Shown here: positions 1 to 10,400 of the stretch, one piece after another
How positions within the stretch are numbered: position 1 is the stretch's first letter
How the letters are laid out: each line of letters begins with the position of its first letter
From: Candidatus Poribacteria bacterium
Lineage (GTDB): Bacteria > Poribacteria > WGA-4E > JAJDTR01
Reading direction: 5' to 3'
DNA: 64,000 bases
NCBI GenBank assembly: GCA_965222225.1
Contig: CBDCTK010000002.1
Coordinates: 5,312,001-5,376,000, forward strand
Position numbers and translations under genes: made by a program
The notes under the pieces: generated by a model
What the model saw: only the letters and a program-made list of their open reading frames with translations
The model's database searches: none
Told to the model about the DNA's origin: nothing

Positions 1-143
1 CGGAGTGGATGGACTGTGGTAAAATTTTAGTAGGAACAGATAAGTTGGCGAGAACTCGAACTTCTCAATCCGTGGATTTGAGGATTGGCAGAGCCTTGAT
101 AAATTCGCAAAAAGCAGAGACGTCACCCGCTATTGGCGGGGTA

Positions 144-713
144 TTACGGCAACCGGCGGAACACATCGCTCAACGGTTTTCGAGGCGAATTTCCAATCAC
201 CGCTGGATAACCCGTATAGAAAAAGCCAATGATGTATTCGCGTGCACTATCAATACCGAGCAAACGATACGTGTTCGGCTCCATCGTAATCTTTCCCGTA
301 CTCCACTGCATACCGATGCCCATCTCCCAGGCGACGAGCTGGACGCTCATCATCGCACAGCACGCAGCCGCATAATCCTCTCGACGCTGTTGTTCGTCAC
401 CGTCCTGAATGCAGGAAACCGCGATGATAGTGGGCTTTGACATCAGTTTTTGAAAACCGGCTTCACCAATCTTCTCCTTGTTCTCTGCACTCACGTGATC
501 TGCCGCTTTCTCTATTTGAATCTCTCGATACCGTTCTGCGAGGGTCAGTTTTGTTTCTTCGCCGACGACCGTGAATCGCCAAGGTTCGGTAAGTTTGTGA
601 TTGGGTGCGAAGATCCCGAAACCCAAGATTTTCTCGATAACATCATTGGGTATTGGATCCGGCTTGAACTTAAAAATCGTGCGACGCGACATAACTGTCT
701 CTGAAACTGTCAT
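144..713 (-). CDS. Nitroreductase family protein
   Basis: Motifs SRRTI, APNHKLTEPWRF, G(I)GMQWSTG; start moved to ATG 713, which follows a GGAGG Shine-Dalgarno. Confidence 0.88.
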   Translation of the reverse strand: MTVSETVMSRRTIFKFKPDPIPNDVIEKILGFGIFAPNHKLTEPWRFTVVGEETKLTLAERYREIQIEKAADHVSAENKEKIGEAGFQKLMSKPTIIAVSCIQDGDEQQRREDYAAACCAMMSVQLVAWEMGIGMQWSTGKITMEPNTYRLLGIDSAREYIIGFFYTGYPAVIGNSPRKPLSDVFRRLP

Positions 714-797
714 GGTCAGATAGCCTCCAACTAAAATGTGCACTATTGCGGATGTTCAATCCTGAAACGTCTGCTAAATTCTAATTCTTAATCTTTA

Positions 798-1595
798 TCA
801 AACCCAACCAATTAACCTCAAATATCCTTTCCACATCCCCTCTCCCCAAAAGAGGTCCAACACCGCCGCAATCGCCAAAAATGGTCCATAAGGAATCGGA
901 TGCTGTCGATTGCGCTCGGTAAATAGGATTAGCAGTACCCCTACGATTGAGCCAATAAGTGCGGATAAAACGACCACAATCAACAGGTGCGGCCACGCGC
1001 CCAGAAACAGCCCAATCAGTGCCATCAACTTGATGTCTCCGCCGCCCATGGCTTCCTTGCGCAAGATCGCCTTTCCTAGGGTTCCTATTAACAACAGAAT
1101 CCCACCACCTGCAACCGTCCCGATTAGATGTTCAAGAAGGTAATACCAATCCTGTTGTTGCACGGATATGGCGACGGTTATCCCTAGGCCTAGCAAGAGT
1201 CCGATGGCGACAATGGCATCGGGGATGATGTACCATCGCGCGTCAATCCATGAAACCGCTATGAGCAGCGCAACGAAAAGACACCCATGAACGAAGTCTA
1301 GCGTTAAGCCGAACCGATAATACATAAACAGAAACAACCCGCCCGTAATCAATTCGACGAACGGGTATGCAATCGAAATTCGGGTTCCGCAATCCCGGCA
1401 TCGCCCGTGCAGGAGGATATAACTTAGGACGGGAATGTTATCGTAGAATCTTATCGTAGCCTGACATTTTGGACAAATCGACCATCGGGGAGAGTTTATG
1501 GTAAGCCCGTCGCGTGGGATACGGTAGATGCAGACATTCAGGAAACTGCCGATCAGCAAACCAAGCACGAAGATTAAGAACGGTGCTACTTCCAC
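798..1595 (-). CDS. pilD: Prepilin peptidase / N-methyltransferase (A24)
   Basis: GSFLNVCIYRIP, two CxxC pairs, MGGGDIKL, IPYGPFLA. Confidence 0.95.
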   Translation of the reverse strand: MEVAPFLIFVLGLLIGSFLNVCIYRIPRDGLTINSPRWSICPKCQATIRFYDNIPVLSYILLHGRCRDCGTRISIAYPFVELITGGLFLFMYYRFGLTLDFVHGCLFVALLIAVSWIDARWYIIPDAIVAIGLLLGLGITVAISVQQQDWYYLLEHLIGTVAGGGILLLIGTLGKAILRKEAMGGGDIKLMALIGLFLGAWPHLLIVVVLSALIGSIVGVLLILFTERNRQHPIPYGPFLAIAAVLDLFWGEGMWKGYLRLIGWV

Positions 1596-2047
1596 CAGTA
1601 CTTGGCTCCTTCCTCTGGGTCCTTATGATACACACGGCTAATCTCCGCAACGCCTCCGTGTTTGTATTTTTCCGGTACGCGGGGATGGTCTGCAAAAACA
1701 CACACCTTGTATATATCCGGCAAGAGTTGATAGCTCCCTCCCCACGGTGTTTGGGGAAGGTCTTCAAGGTAACTTCCCTTCCAGCCTTCAAGTCCGGGGT
1801 TGGTAACCAGATCTTCCAGCCTCATGGGATATGTGTTGGTATGCCTGTGAAATTTCTTAATGACTCCGGCAATCATGTCCACGTCGTTGTCGGCAGACAA
1901 AACTTTTCGGTCATATTCTAGATACGGTGGCAACGAAAGGGCGGCGATAAGAATGACTAGCGCGACCAAAATGAGTAGCTGTACTAGTGTCATGCCGGCT
2001 GCACAAGATCCGAATCTGCTTTTTGCGTTATTCAGAGTATGGTTCAT
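1586..2047 (-). CDS. GspG-like (pseudo)pilin
   Basis: G|MTLVQLLI prepilin-like N-terminus; YPxxLEDLV...GWKGSYL...TPWG resembles the T2SS-G domain; overlaps pilD. Confidence 0.75.
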   Translation of the reverse strand: MNHTLNNAKSRFGSCAAGMTLVQLLILVALVILIAALSLPPYLEYDRKVLSADNDVDMIAGVIKKFHRHTNTYPMRLEDLVTNPGLEGWKGSYLEDLPQTPWGGSYQLLPDIYKVCVFADHPRVPEKYKHGGVAEISRVYHKDPEEGAKYWWK

Positions 2048-3453
2048 CAGTATGGTTCATCATCTGGACGTTTGATGTTGTATTTGGCGAGTTTTTTGTA
2101 GAAATTACTTCTCTCTATTTTCAATTGTTCCGCAGTTTGTTTCACATTCCAGCGGTTAGCCTCGAGCGCTTGGAGAACGAAACTCTTCTCGGCTTCATCG
2201 ACCAACTTTTGTAGTGAGCCGTTTGATTGCGGTTGAAGACTGATGGACGTTGCGTCAATCTCTATTACAGCCTCATGTGCAACTGGGAGGACAGCGGCGA
2301 CATCGTCGGCGATGATGGTTTCACGAGGTACCATGATGAGCAAGCGTTCGACGATGTTCTTCAACTCCCGAATATTGCCCGGCCAGTCGTACGATTGCAT
2401 GACGCGAATTGCCGAAGGGTCGATTGTCTTGATCGAACGCGCATTATCCCGATGAAATCGCTCGACGAAGTGTTGTACCAATAGCGGTAAATCATCCTGC
2501 CGATTCTGTAATGGCGGTACGGAGATAGGCACCACATTTAAGCGATAGTAAAGGTCCTGCCGAAAGCTTCCATTCTCAATCTCTTTATCCAAGGCTTTGT
2601 TGGTCGCTGCGATAACTCTTACGTCAACATGCAGCGTTTGGCTGCCGCCGAGACGCTGAATTTCACCATACTCAAGCACTCGCAATACTTTCGCCTGCGC
2701 CTTCAGGCTCATATCCCCGATTTCGTCGAGAAACAGCGTGCCGCCATCTGCCAGTTCAAATTTGCCGCGGCGCTGGTGCGCTGCCCCGGTGAATGCGCCC
2801 CGTTCGTGTCCGAATAACTCACTTTCAATGAGTTCGTCTGGGAGAGCGGCGCAATTCAGTGGAATGAATGGCTTTCGGTTTCGTTGACTCTGCTGATGGA
2901 TAGCATCGGCGACGAGTTGTTTGCCCGTGCCGTTTTCTCCTGTGATGAGTACGCTCAAGTCACTTGACGCCACCTGCCTAATTTGTGTTCGGAGTTGCTG
3001 TATAGCGCCCCCTGTCCCAATCATCTCATCCTTGACGCCAATCTGAGATTTAAGAACTTCGTTCTCCCGAGATAGGCGTAATAGTTCTAGAAAAGGATTA
3101 ACAGTGTGAAGGATCTCGGATACAGTTTTGGGCTTGACGAGGTAATTCCTTGCGCCAAGTTCCATTGCTTTAACCGCGGTTTCAATGTCCTGTTGCGCGG
3201 ACATCATTACCACATTCAAATCCGGCTGGGTTTTTCTCAGATTCGTTAATGTCTCTATGCCATTCATTCCGCCCGGCATGATTATGTCAAGCAGCACAAG
3301 GTCTACGGCTTTTGAGGCGCAGATTTCCACTGCTTTCTCTCCGCTTGAAGCCGTTAGCGCTGTATAGCCTTCGAGTTTTAGACCTTGCGAGACCGATGCC
3401 AAGGCGTTTTTTTCGTCGTCTACAATTAGAATCGTACCCTTCGTTGATGCCAT
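2047..3453 (-). CDS. Sigma-54-dependent response regulator (NtrC/NtrX family)
   Basis: Receiver domain, GENGTGK Walker A, GAFTGA loop, LFLDEIG, WPGNIREL, Fis-type HTH. Confidence 0.95.
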   Translation of the reverse strand: MASTKGTILIVDDEKNALASVSQGLKLEGYTALTASSGEKAVEICASKAVDLVLLDIIMPGGMNGIETLTNLRKTQPDLNVVMMSAQQDIETAVKAMELGARNYLVKPKTVSEILHTVNPFLELLRLSRENEVLKSQIGVKDEMIGTGGAIQQLRTQIRQVASSDLSVLITGENGTGKQLVADAIHQQSQRNRKPFIPLNCAALPDELIESELFGHERGAFTGAAHQRRGKFELADGGTLFLDEIGDMSLKAQAKVLRVLEYGEIQRLGGSQTLHVDVRVIAATNKALDKEIENGSFRQDLYYRLNVVPISVPPLQNRQDDLPLLVQHFVERFHRDNARSIKTIDPSAIRVMQSYDWPGNIRELKNIVERLLIMVPRETIIADDVAAVLPVAHEAVIEIDATSISLQPQSNGSLQKLVDEAEKSFVLQALEANRWNVKQTAEQLKIERSNFYKKLAKYNIKRPDDEPY

Positions 3454-3642
3454 GTGCGAATACCTCAGAAAAACTCCTTACTGACTACGCAATTCAGATT
3501 GTAGGGAATAAAGATCGTTTCAGCAAATCATCATTTTTGCTTTTTGCGTAAATCCTGTTCATGTGTTTTTGCAGAATCGCACCAAAAATCATCTTGGATA
3601 TAACCTCACACTTGGAACCTTATTCGCTATAAGGGTACATTT

Positions 3643-3664
3643 GTAGGGTGGGCACTGCCCACCC
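3643..3664 (+). repeat. GTAG-type REP hairpin (uninterrupted)
   Basis: GTAGGGTGGGCACTGCCCACCC; related copy at 20940-20960. Confidence 0.8.
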
Positions 3665-3690
3665 TTTCTCGTAGAGACCCCGTAGTGACC

Positions 3691-3808
3691 GATCAGCTGA
3701 GATCAACCGAACGATCAACTGAGTGGATAACGAAGGCGATAGTAAATCCTACAGTGGGGGATCAAGTGAGTGGACAACGAACGCGATAGCTAATCCCGAT
3801 AGAGATCC
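3691..3808 (+). repeat. GATCAA..GCGATAG structured mini-element cluster (2 full copies, 2 partial heads)
   Basis: Full copies start at 3713 and 3760; partial heads at 3691 and 3701. Confidence 0.85.
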
Positions 3809-4001
3809 TTCTCCTGATTGCGAATTTTTGTGGTATCGGCAATCATCAAATCGCCGATTTACTCTTTTAGCAGGGAATCTTCAAGGAGTGGCAACACAAA
3901 AAAACATGGGGCAGACTTCCCTTACACGCACCGAAATTGCTATGCCATATATTTTCAAGCATACCCCTTTTTTCATTAACGGCAAAAATCGCCATCGCCA
4001 C

Positions 4002-5987
4002 CTATCCCTCCTTAAGTTCCCGCTTCAGTTCGGAAATCTGATCTCGCAGCGCCGCTGCCTGCTCAAACTCTAGCCCGGCGGCAGCCTTTTGCATCTGAGA
4101 AGTCAATTGAGTAAGCAACGCTTGGATTTCTTCGGCGCCAACATCCGCCAATGTTGGGACAGCATCAGTTGTTTCTGATTCATCAGGTTTGTCCGTTAAC
4201 TTGGTAATGAGGTCATGGATAGTTTTGTCAATCGTGGTTGGCGTGATGCCGTGTTCCTCGTTATACGCCATCTGAATCTCGCGCCGTCGGTTGGTTTCAT
4301 CAATCGCGTTCCGGATGGCATCCGTGGCTTCATCGGCATACAGCAGCACCTCTCCATCCACGTTCCGAGCGGCGCGCCCCGCAGTTTGAATGAGCGATGT
4401 TTCCGATCGAAGGAAACCCGCGCGATCCGCGTCAAGAATCGCGACAAGCGACACCTCGGGGAGATCCAAACCTTCCCGCAAGAGATTAATTCCCACGATT
4501 ACATTGAAAATACCTTCTCGAAGTTCGCGTAAAATCTGCACGCGTTCAAACGTTTCGACCTCCGAGTGAAGGTAATTTGCCTTAATCCCAGCCTCCGCAA
4601 GATAATCCGTAAGGTCTTCCGCCATGCGTTTGGTGAGTGTTGTCACAATTACGCGCTGATTCTGGGCAACACGTGCGTTGATTACACCAATCAAATGATC
4701 AATCTGCCCTTCTACCGGGTGGACGACAATCTGCGGATCTATTAAGCCCGTTGGACGAATAATCTGTTCAACCACCTGATTGCTGCTGTGCAATTCGTGT
4801 TTTCCGGGTGTGGCTGAAACGAAAATAGCTTGATTGATATAAGAGTCCAACTCTTCAAAGCGCAGCGGACGATTGTCCAGTGCAGAAGGGAGGCGAAAGC
4901 CGTAATCTACGAGGGTTTCCTTACGTGAACGGTCGCCGCGATACATTCCACGTAACTGTGGCACCGTCACATGAGATTCGTCAATGAACATTAGGTAATC
5001 ATCAGCGAAGTAGTCAATCAGACAGTACGGTGGTTGACCCGGTTCTAGACCGGAGAGGTGACGCGAGTAATTTTCGATGCCGGAACAGTAGCCGACTTCA
5101 CGCAGCATCTCAAGATCAAAGCGTGCGCGTTGCTCAATTCGCTGTGCTTCCAGCAGCTTGTTGTTTGCGACAAAGTAGTCAATTCGTTCCTGAAGTTCTG
5201 TTTCGATGTTCACCAATGCTTCGTCAAAGAGTTCCGCGTCCGTCATAAAGTGTTTGGCGGGAAAGATTTCAACGGCGTCATGTGCCGATAATATCTCCCC
5301 TGTCAGTGTATCAATCTCAGTCAGTCGATCCACCTCATCCCCGAAAAGTTCGATTCGGTAAGCAGTGTTCGCATAAGCCGGGAACACCTCAATAACGTCG
5401 CCACGGGCACGGAAATTACCCTGCAAAAATTCGACATCGTTACGCTCATACTGAATAGTGACCAGTGCCCGCAAGAGTTTCTGACGCTTAATCACCTCTC
5501 CCACTTTAACCTCAACCTTATGAAGATCGTACTCCTTCGGCGATCCGATTCCGTAGATACAGGACACGCTGGCGACAATAATGACGTCACGGCGGGAGAG
5601 CAACGACGCCGTCGAGGCGAGCCTCAGGCGGTTAATTTCTTCGTTAATCTGGATATCTTTTTCGATATAGGTATCAGTGGAAGGGATATAGGCTTCCGGC
5701 TGGTAGTAGTTGTAGTAGCTGACGAAGTAATGCACCGCGTTATTGGGAAAGAAATCTCGAAACTCGCTGTACAACTGCGCCGCAAGAGTTTTGTTCGGGG
5801 AGATGACTATCGTTGGACGCTGCATCTCGGCAATTACGTGCGCCATAGTAAAGGTCTTTCCTGAACCTGTGACCCCAAGCAGTGTCTGTAATCGGTCCCC
5901 GTTTTTCAAACCTTTGGTAAGTTGACGAATTCCCTCTGGTTGATCGCCTTGAGGCTCGTAGTCTGAAATTAACTTGAACTCTTGCAT
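4002..5987 (-). CDS. uvrB: Excinuclease ABC subunit B
   Basis: [15 protein letters not shown] beta-hairpin, [15 protein letters not shown]-terminal UVR domain. Confidence 0.98.
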   Translation of the reverse strand: MQEFKLISDYEPQGDQPEGIRQLTKGLKNGDRLQTLLGVTGSGKTFTMAHVIAEMQRPTIVISPNKTLAAQLYSEFRDFFPNNAVHYFVSYYNYYQPEAYIPSTDTYIEKDIQINEEINRLRLASTASLLSRRDVIIVASVSCIYGIGSPKEYDLHKVEVKVGEVIKRQKLLRALVTIQYERNDVEFLQGNFRARGDVIEVFPAYANTAYRIELFGDEVDRLTEIDTLTGEILSAHDAVEIFPAKHFMTDAELFDEALVNIETELQERIDYFVANNKLLEAQRIEQRARFDLEMLREVGYCSGIENYSRHLSGLEPGQPPYCLIDYFADDYLMFIDESHVTVPQLRGMYRGDRSRKETLVDYGFRLPSALDNRPLRFEELDSYINQAIFVSATPGKHELHSSNQVVEQIIRPTGLIDPQIVVHPVEGQIDHLIGVINARVAQNQRVIVTTLTKRMAEDLTDYLAEAGIKANYLHSEVETFERVQILRELREGIFNVIVGINLLREGLDLPEVSLVAILDADRAGFLRSETSLIQTAGRAARNVDGEVLLYADEATDAIRNAIDETNRRREIQMAYNEEHGITPTTIDKTIHDLITKLTDKPDESETTDAVPTLADVGAEEIQALLTQLTSQMQKAAAGLEFEQAAALRDQISELKRELKEG

Positions 5988-6030
5988 GGTGTTTCTTGCC
6001 GGGACGTATGATAGCTCCTATGGACATTGT

Positions 6031-7068
6031 TTACGGTATATCGGATGGACTTAGACAAATCTTGCCGAAATTTTCACGCGCTTCCATTATTCGGTGTGCT
6101 TCGGCGGCTTGGTGCAGAGGCAACACGCGGTCGATTATTGGATGCAACTTTCCCTGCTCCGCGAGACGAATAATCGTGCGTAATTCCGAGGTCGTACCCA
6201 ACGCCGATCCCATAAGTGTCAACTGCTTCTGATACATCTTGCGAATGTCGATTTCACCAATGTTGCCGGTCGTTACACCGCACGAAACGAGTCGCCCCTT
6301 TTTGGCAAGACACGCGATGCTCTTGTCCCACGTCGCCGCTCCAACATGCTCAAATACGACATCAACGCCGCGGTTGCCCGTTTCTTCACGGATAGTCTCG
6401 CTGAAATCTGCCTCCGCGTAATTGATTGTAAAATCGGCGCCCAGTTGTTGCGCGCGTTGCAGTTTCTCGTCGGTGCTTGCGGTCGCAAAAACACGCGCGC
6501 CGCACAACTTGGCAATTTGTAGCCCGGCGCTGCCGACGCCGCTGCCTGCTGATAAAATCAGCACGTCCTCTCCGGGACGAACCCCGGCACGGGCCACTAG
6601 CATGTGCCACGCCGTGAGGTACGCCATCGGCATCGCAGCCGCTTCATAGTAGGAAAGATGGGGGGAGAGTAACGTTGCATTCTCGGCGGGAGCTTTGACG
6701 TATTCGGCGTACCCGCCGTTGGTTTGGAACCCAAGGAGAATCTGCGAGTCACATAAATTCTCATCGCCGTTGAGGCAGTCAACGCACTGACCGCACGGAA
6801 TGCAAGGCGATAAAACAACGCTATCCCCGACAGCTACATTATGCACCTCGGCGCCGACCTCAACCACCTCACCGGCGATATCGGAACCCAGAATATGCGG
6901 GAAAGGTTGCACCTCCGGGCGATCGCGACGTGCACGAATATCAAGGTGGTTGACGGCGCAAGCGCAGACTTTTACCACGATTTCCGACGCAGCGATAGTC
7001 GGATCCGGCACTTCCTCATAACGCAACTTACCGATTCCGCCCTGCTCGTGGAAAACGACTGCTTTCAT
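6031..7068 (-). CDS. Zinc-binding alcohol dehydrogenase / MDR-family oxidoreductase
   Basis: CIPCGQCVDC...C structural zinc site, AGSGVG, ENFGKI. Confidence 0.9.
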   Translation of the reverse strand: MKAVVFHEQGGIGKLRYEEVPDPTIAASEIVVKVCACAVNHLDIRARRDRPEVQPFPHILGSDIAGEVVEVGAEVHNVAVGDSVVLSPCIPCGQCVDCLNGDENLCDSQILLGFQTNGGYAEYVKAPAENATLLSPHLSYYEAAAMPMAYLTAWHMLVARAGVRPGEDVLILSAGSGVGSAGLQIAKLCGARVFATASTDEKLQRAQQLGADFTINYAEADFSETIREETGNRGVDVVFEHVGAATWDKSIACLAKKGRLVSCGVTTGNIGEIDIRKMYQKQLTLMGSALGTTSELRTIIRLAEQGKLHPIIDRVLPLHQAAEAHRIMEARENFGKICLSPSDIP

Positions 7069-7087
7069 GAAGGCCCTTCGCTATGCA

Positions 7088-7426
7088 TCACCCGCTAATC
7101 GCCGCCGCGACAATTAACCCGAGTGCAATCAATAACCCGGCGACTGCCACTCCAGCCGCAGTGTTATTGTCTTCGGCAATCTCGTGATTCAGGTGATAGG
7201 GCGTAACGGCGTCGAATATCTTGTATCCAACTAACAAGACGACTAGACCGACGACGCTGAATACGATGCTTTCGATAACTAAGCCTACGAGAACCTTTAT
7301 GTCAAGCATAGCTGTGCTTCCGGCAGCGGCGACATCGTCGGCACGAGCATGTGTCGCAAGTATTGCCGCAGAAACAATCCAAATAATCGTTAGACAGAAA
7401 GTGATGCGGACGATTTTCTTAGCCAT
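7088..7426 (-). CDS. DUF350-like small membrane protein
   Basis: FDAVTP...EIAEDNNTAAGV...GLIVAAAI pattern. Confidence 0.75.
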   Translation of the reverse strand: MAKKIVRITFCLTIIWIVSAAILATHARADDVAAAGSTAMLDIKVLVGLVIESIVFSVVGLVVLLVGYKIFDAVTPYHLNHEIAEDNNTAAGVAVAGLLIALGLIVAAAISG

Positions 7427-7485
7427 TGGTATCTCCTTATTTGTGGTATGTGAAGTTAGCGCCTAATGAACCATTAAAGAACGAA

Positions 7486-10400
7486 TCACGCTTCCGACTC
7501 CGGGGTTTCGGCTGCTGCTTCATCGTGAGGGCTGCTAGACGAAGTCGCGTCTTCGGCAACTTGTTCTTGCGCCTCCGTGTCTACCTTGGAAGTCTCTTCT
7601 TCTGGAGATGGTACAACCTCAAAGGTTATCTCGTTTTCCACATGTTTGCATTTAACGAAAACGATATCTTTCTCCTGCCGATAAAGCCAGCCGGATTCAG
7701 CCGCTTCCAAATCTTCTACGCAGGGCAGATCCTGACCGAGGGCTCTCACCGCGCTTGGAATACTACCATACCCCGTGATGATAGTGTGGCTTGTTTCATT
7801 GTGTACATAACACAGTTTGAAATCCAACTTTCCGTTGCTGCCCTTGTCGCTGGTTTCTATCTGGGCTCCGCTGCTTAAGTGGATACGCCCGTTCTCATGA
7901 CGTATGATTGACGTGGAGATGTCCGGATCCTGCCCACGCAAAGTGTATAGGTTTGCCATAATGCTACCAGGGTTGATATGCGGTGGGCGTCCCTCTGTAC
8001 AGAATTCATGAAGACTGTCTGGGTATGTTCCTCTGAATTCGCCCTCCGTCCATTGCTGGTGCATACCGCTATGCGTAATGCCTTCGGCAATACCCGTCCA
8101 ATCACATCGCTGGCTATGGCGTGCAAGATGCTGCAAATGGTACGCGAAAACAAGACCACTCCGTTGTGATGCAACCCCAAACCACGCGCGAGTATCGAAG
8201 GTTGTTCCGAATATGGGAACGGAGGCGAAACGCATGGCGGGACGATCCGGCAGATTCCAGTGATAAATGAAAGCCAGCCCGGCTTTTGCCCAATATTCTG
8301 CACATGCAATATGGCGCTTATCATCGGTTATCGTGTAGGCTTCAACATACGCGCCGACAGCATTGGCTGCGGCAAGGAGATTCGGAGTCTTCGGCGGACA
8401 ATCCGACGCTTGAGCGCCGCGCGGAATTTTAAACCGGTCCATGCCCTTTAGCGCCTTTAATCCGGCGTTCAATGAGTTCTCATTCCCCGAGATTCTGGCG
8501 TGCTTTAATAGGATGAAGGCGCAATGCGCACAAATTCCTAGAACTGTGTCGTTGTCTCCTCCGAGTTCTTTCGCGCTTTCAGTTATGGGGCGGTAACGCC
8601 AACGTCCATCATCCTCCTGCGTCTCAATTAAATTCTGGGTTGTTTCTTTAAGGCGTTCTAAGCCCGCTTCGATGTTGCCGAAGTAAAACGGTAGTTCCCA
8701 GTTTAAGCTTTGGCGCTTCACTGCAGCGATCGGCCCTCCTGCCCTCGATTCGCGAACCGTGTTTCCCGCGATGGCAAGGGCGTGTTGCTTCACATCATCG
8801 TTTCGCGTTGCAAGATAGTCGTACCATAGCAGCGTTGCAATCCCTGGGAGGTTCGCTGCCGCCGAATCAACAGTTTGCTGAGGTTCACCGGTATTTTCAT
8901 TCCTCGCCTCCCGCATAATCCCGTCTCGTGAGAGCGCAAGCTGCTCCTCGTGATTCCGCAGAGATTCAAGTGGTTCAGGCGCGCCGTACGTATCGGTCCA
9001 ATGCGAGACAGCATCGGAAATAGAGGCGTTGCCGTCAATAATAATGTGTGCACTAATCGTAAGTTGTCGGTTTGCCTCCAACGTGTACGGCGTAGATGCC
9101 TCTAAGCAATTTTCCTCAACCCAGTCACCCGGTGCCGGAAGAAACAACCCCATCAGATGATTCTGATGCTTTTCATGCCAATTCGGCGAGGCAAAAACAG
9201 CGGATAGCATCGTGTGTTCGCCATCCCAAGTTTCCAATGGGTCCCATGCCAAACCAACCAGCGTTTTCTTGTACTCAACCGCCATCAGAGGAACGGTAAT
9301 CTTATAGGGATGTGGAACGAGACGGTTATTATATGGCGGTGCCGCATCTCGCGTATTTGAGGAAGGTTCATCTGTTCCTAAGAACTCCAGTCCGGGAAAA
9401 AGGGCTGCACTTTTGCCCTCCCCGTAACTACGATCGCCTGCGTGAAGCATCGGGCCATTAAAAGCGAGAATCTCCCGCCGAGCGCTGGTTGAAAGGCAGT
9501 ATTCCGTGCGCACGCGTTTGTCATCCTCGGTCAACGAAAAACGGGCCTCAAAACACCAATTCACACCGTCGGCATCCTGTTGTTCGCCAGCGAGGATAAC
9601 AGTTGACTCCCCAAAGCTATTTCCCGCGAGACGATAGATTGTGGGTATAATACGGAGTTGTTCGGTTTCGTTCTTTGAATTTCGATACCGAATCGTTGTC
9701 ATCGCATGACTTGTGGCAACTTGACGATAGCTCCCGTGTTTGGCGGCAAAAAGCGTGAAATACTCAAACCCGCGTGTACCTTGAACGAAAAGAAGTCGCA
9801 CGTGCTTGTTCCCAATCACTACATGTTCTTGGAGGTTGTATGTGTGTAATTCCGGAACTATCTGAGAAGGGACCTTCGGTGACGCCGGCTGAATTTCAAT
9901 AAAGGTTTCAAGCGTTTGCCGTACCTCGCCCATTGGCGTTTTGTACTTCAGCAAGATGGAAATCTGAGTTGCGGACTCGCGTGAAAATCTGCGGAGATTC
10001 CATACTAATTTGGTTTCGTCGCCGGCATCTAGCGTCTTAATCGGATAGACATGCCGCCCGCGGCGTAGCTTCACCTGGTTAATTGCCACACTCGTTTGAT
10101 TTGCGGGGGAGAGAGCAACCGTTCCCGTGTTACGGAGTGTGCACTGCACCTCAAAATCTTCACTCACGGTAACAATTGCCGTGTTGAGTCCTAAACTTGA
10201 TACCTCTAATTTGGGCAATTCTGTATACAGTGCCACACTGAACTCTTGGGAAGAGAGTTCGGTTGAAAACCCTCTCCTTTGAGTCTCGACAACCATGCGT
10301 TGACCGATTTCGTCGGCAATCTTGGATACAGGTGTTGGTGATTCGTAAGCAAACTCCATGGCGGATATTTTGCCGTTTGGTCCATCGGTTGATTCGTGGA

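Noticed and set aside
3723-4073. Short ORFs over repeat tracts (also 20561-20875, 47594-47806, 49278-49717, 60502-60801)
   Set aside because: They are translations of REP/MITE/mini-element DNA, with no SD or protein-like features.
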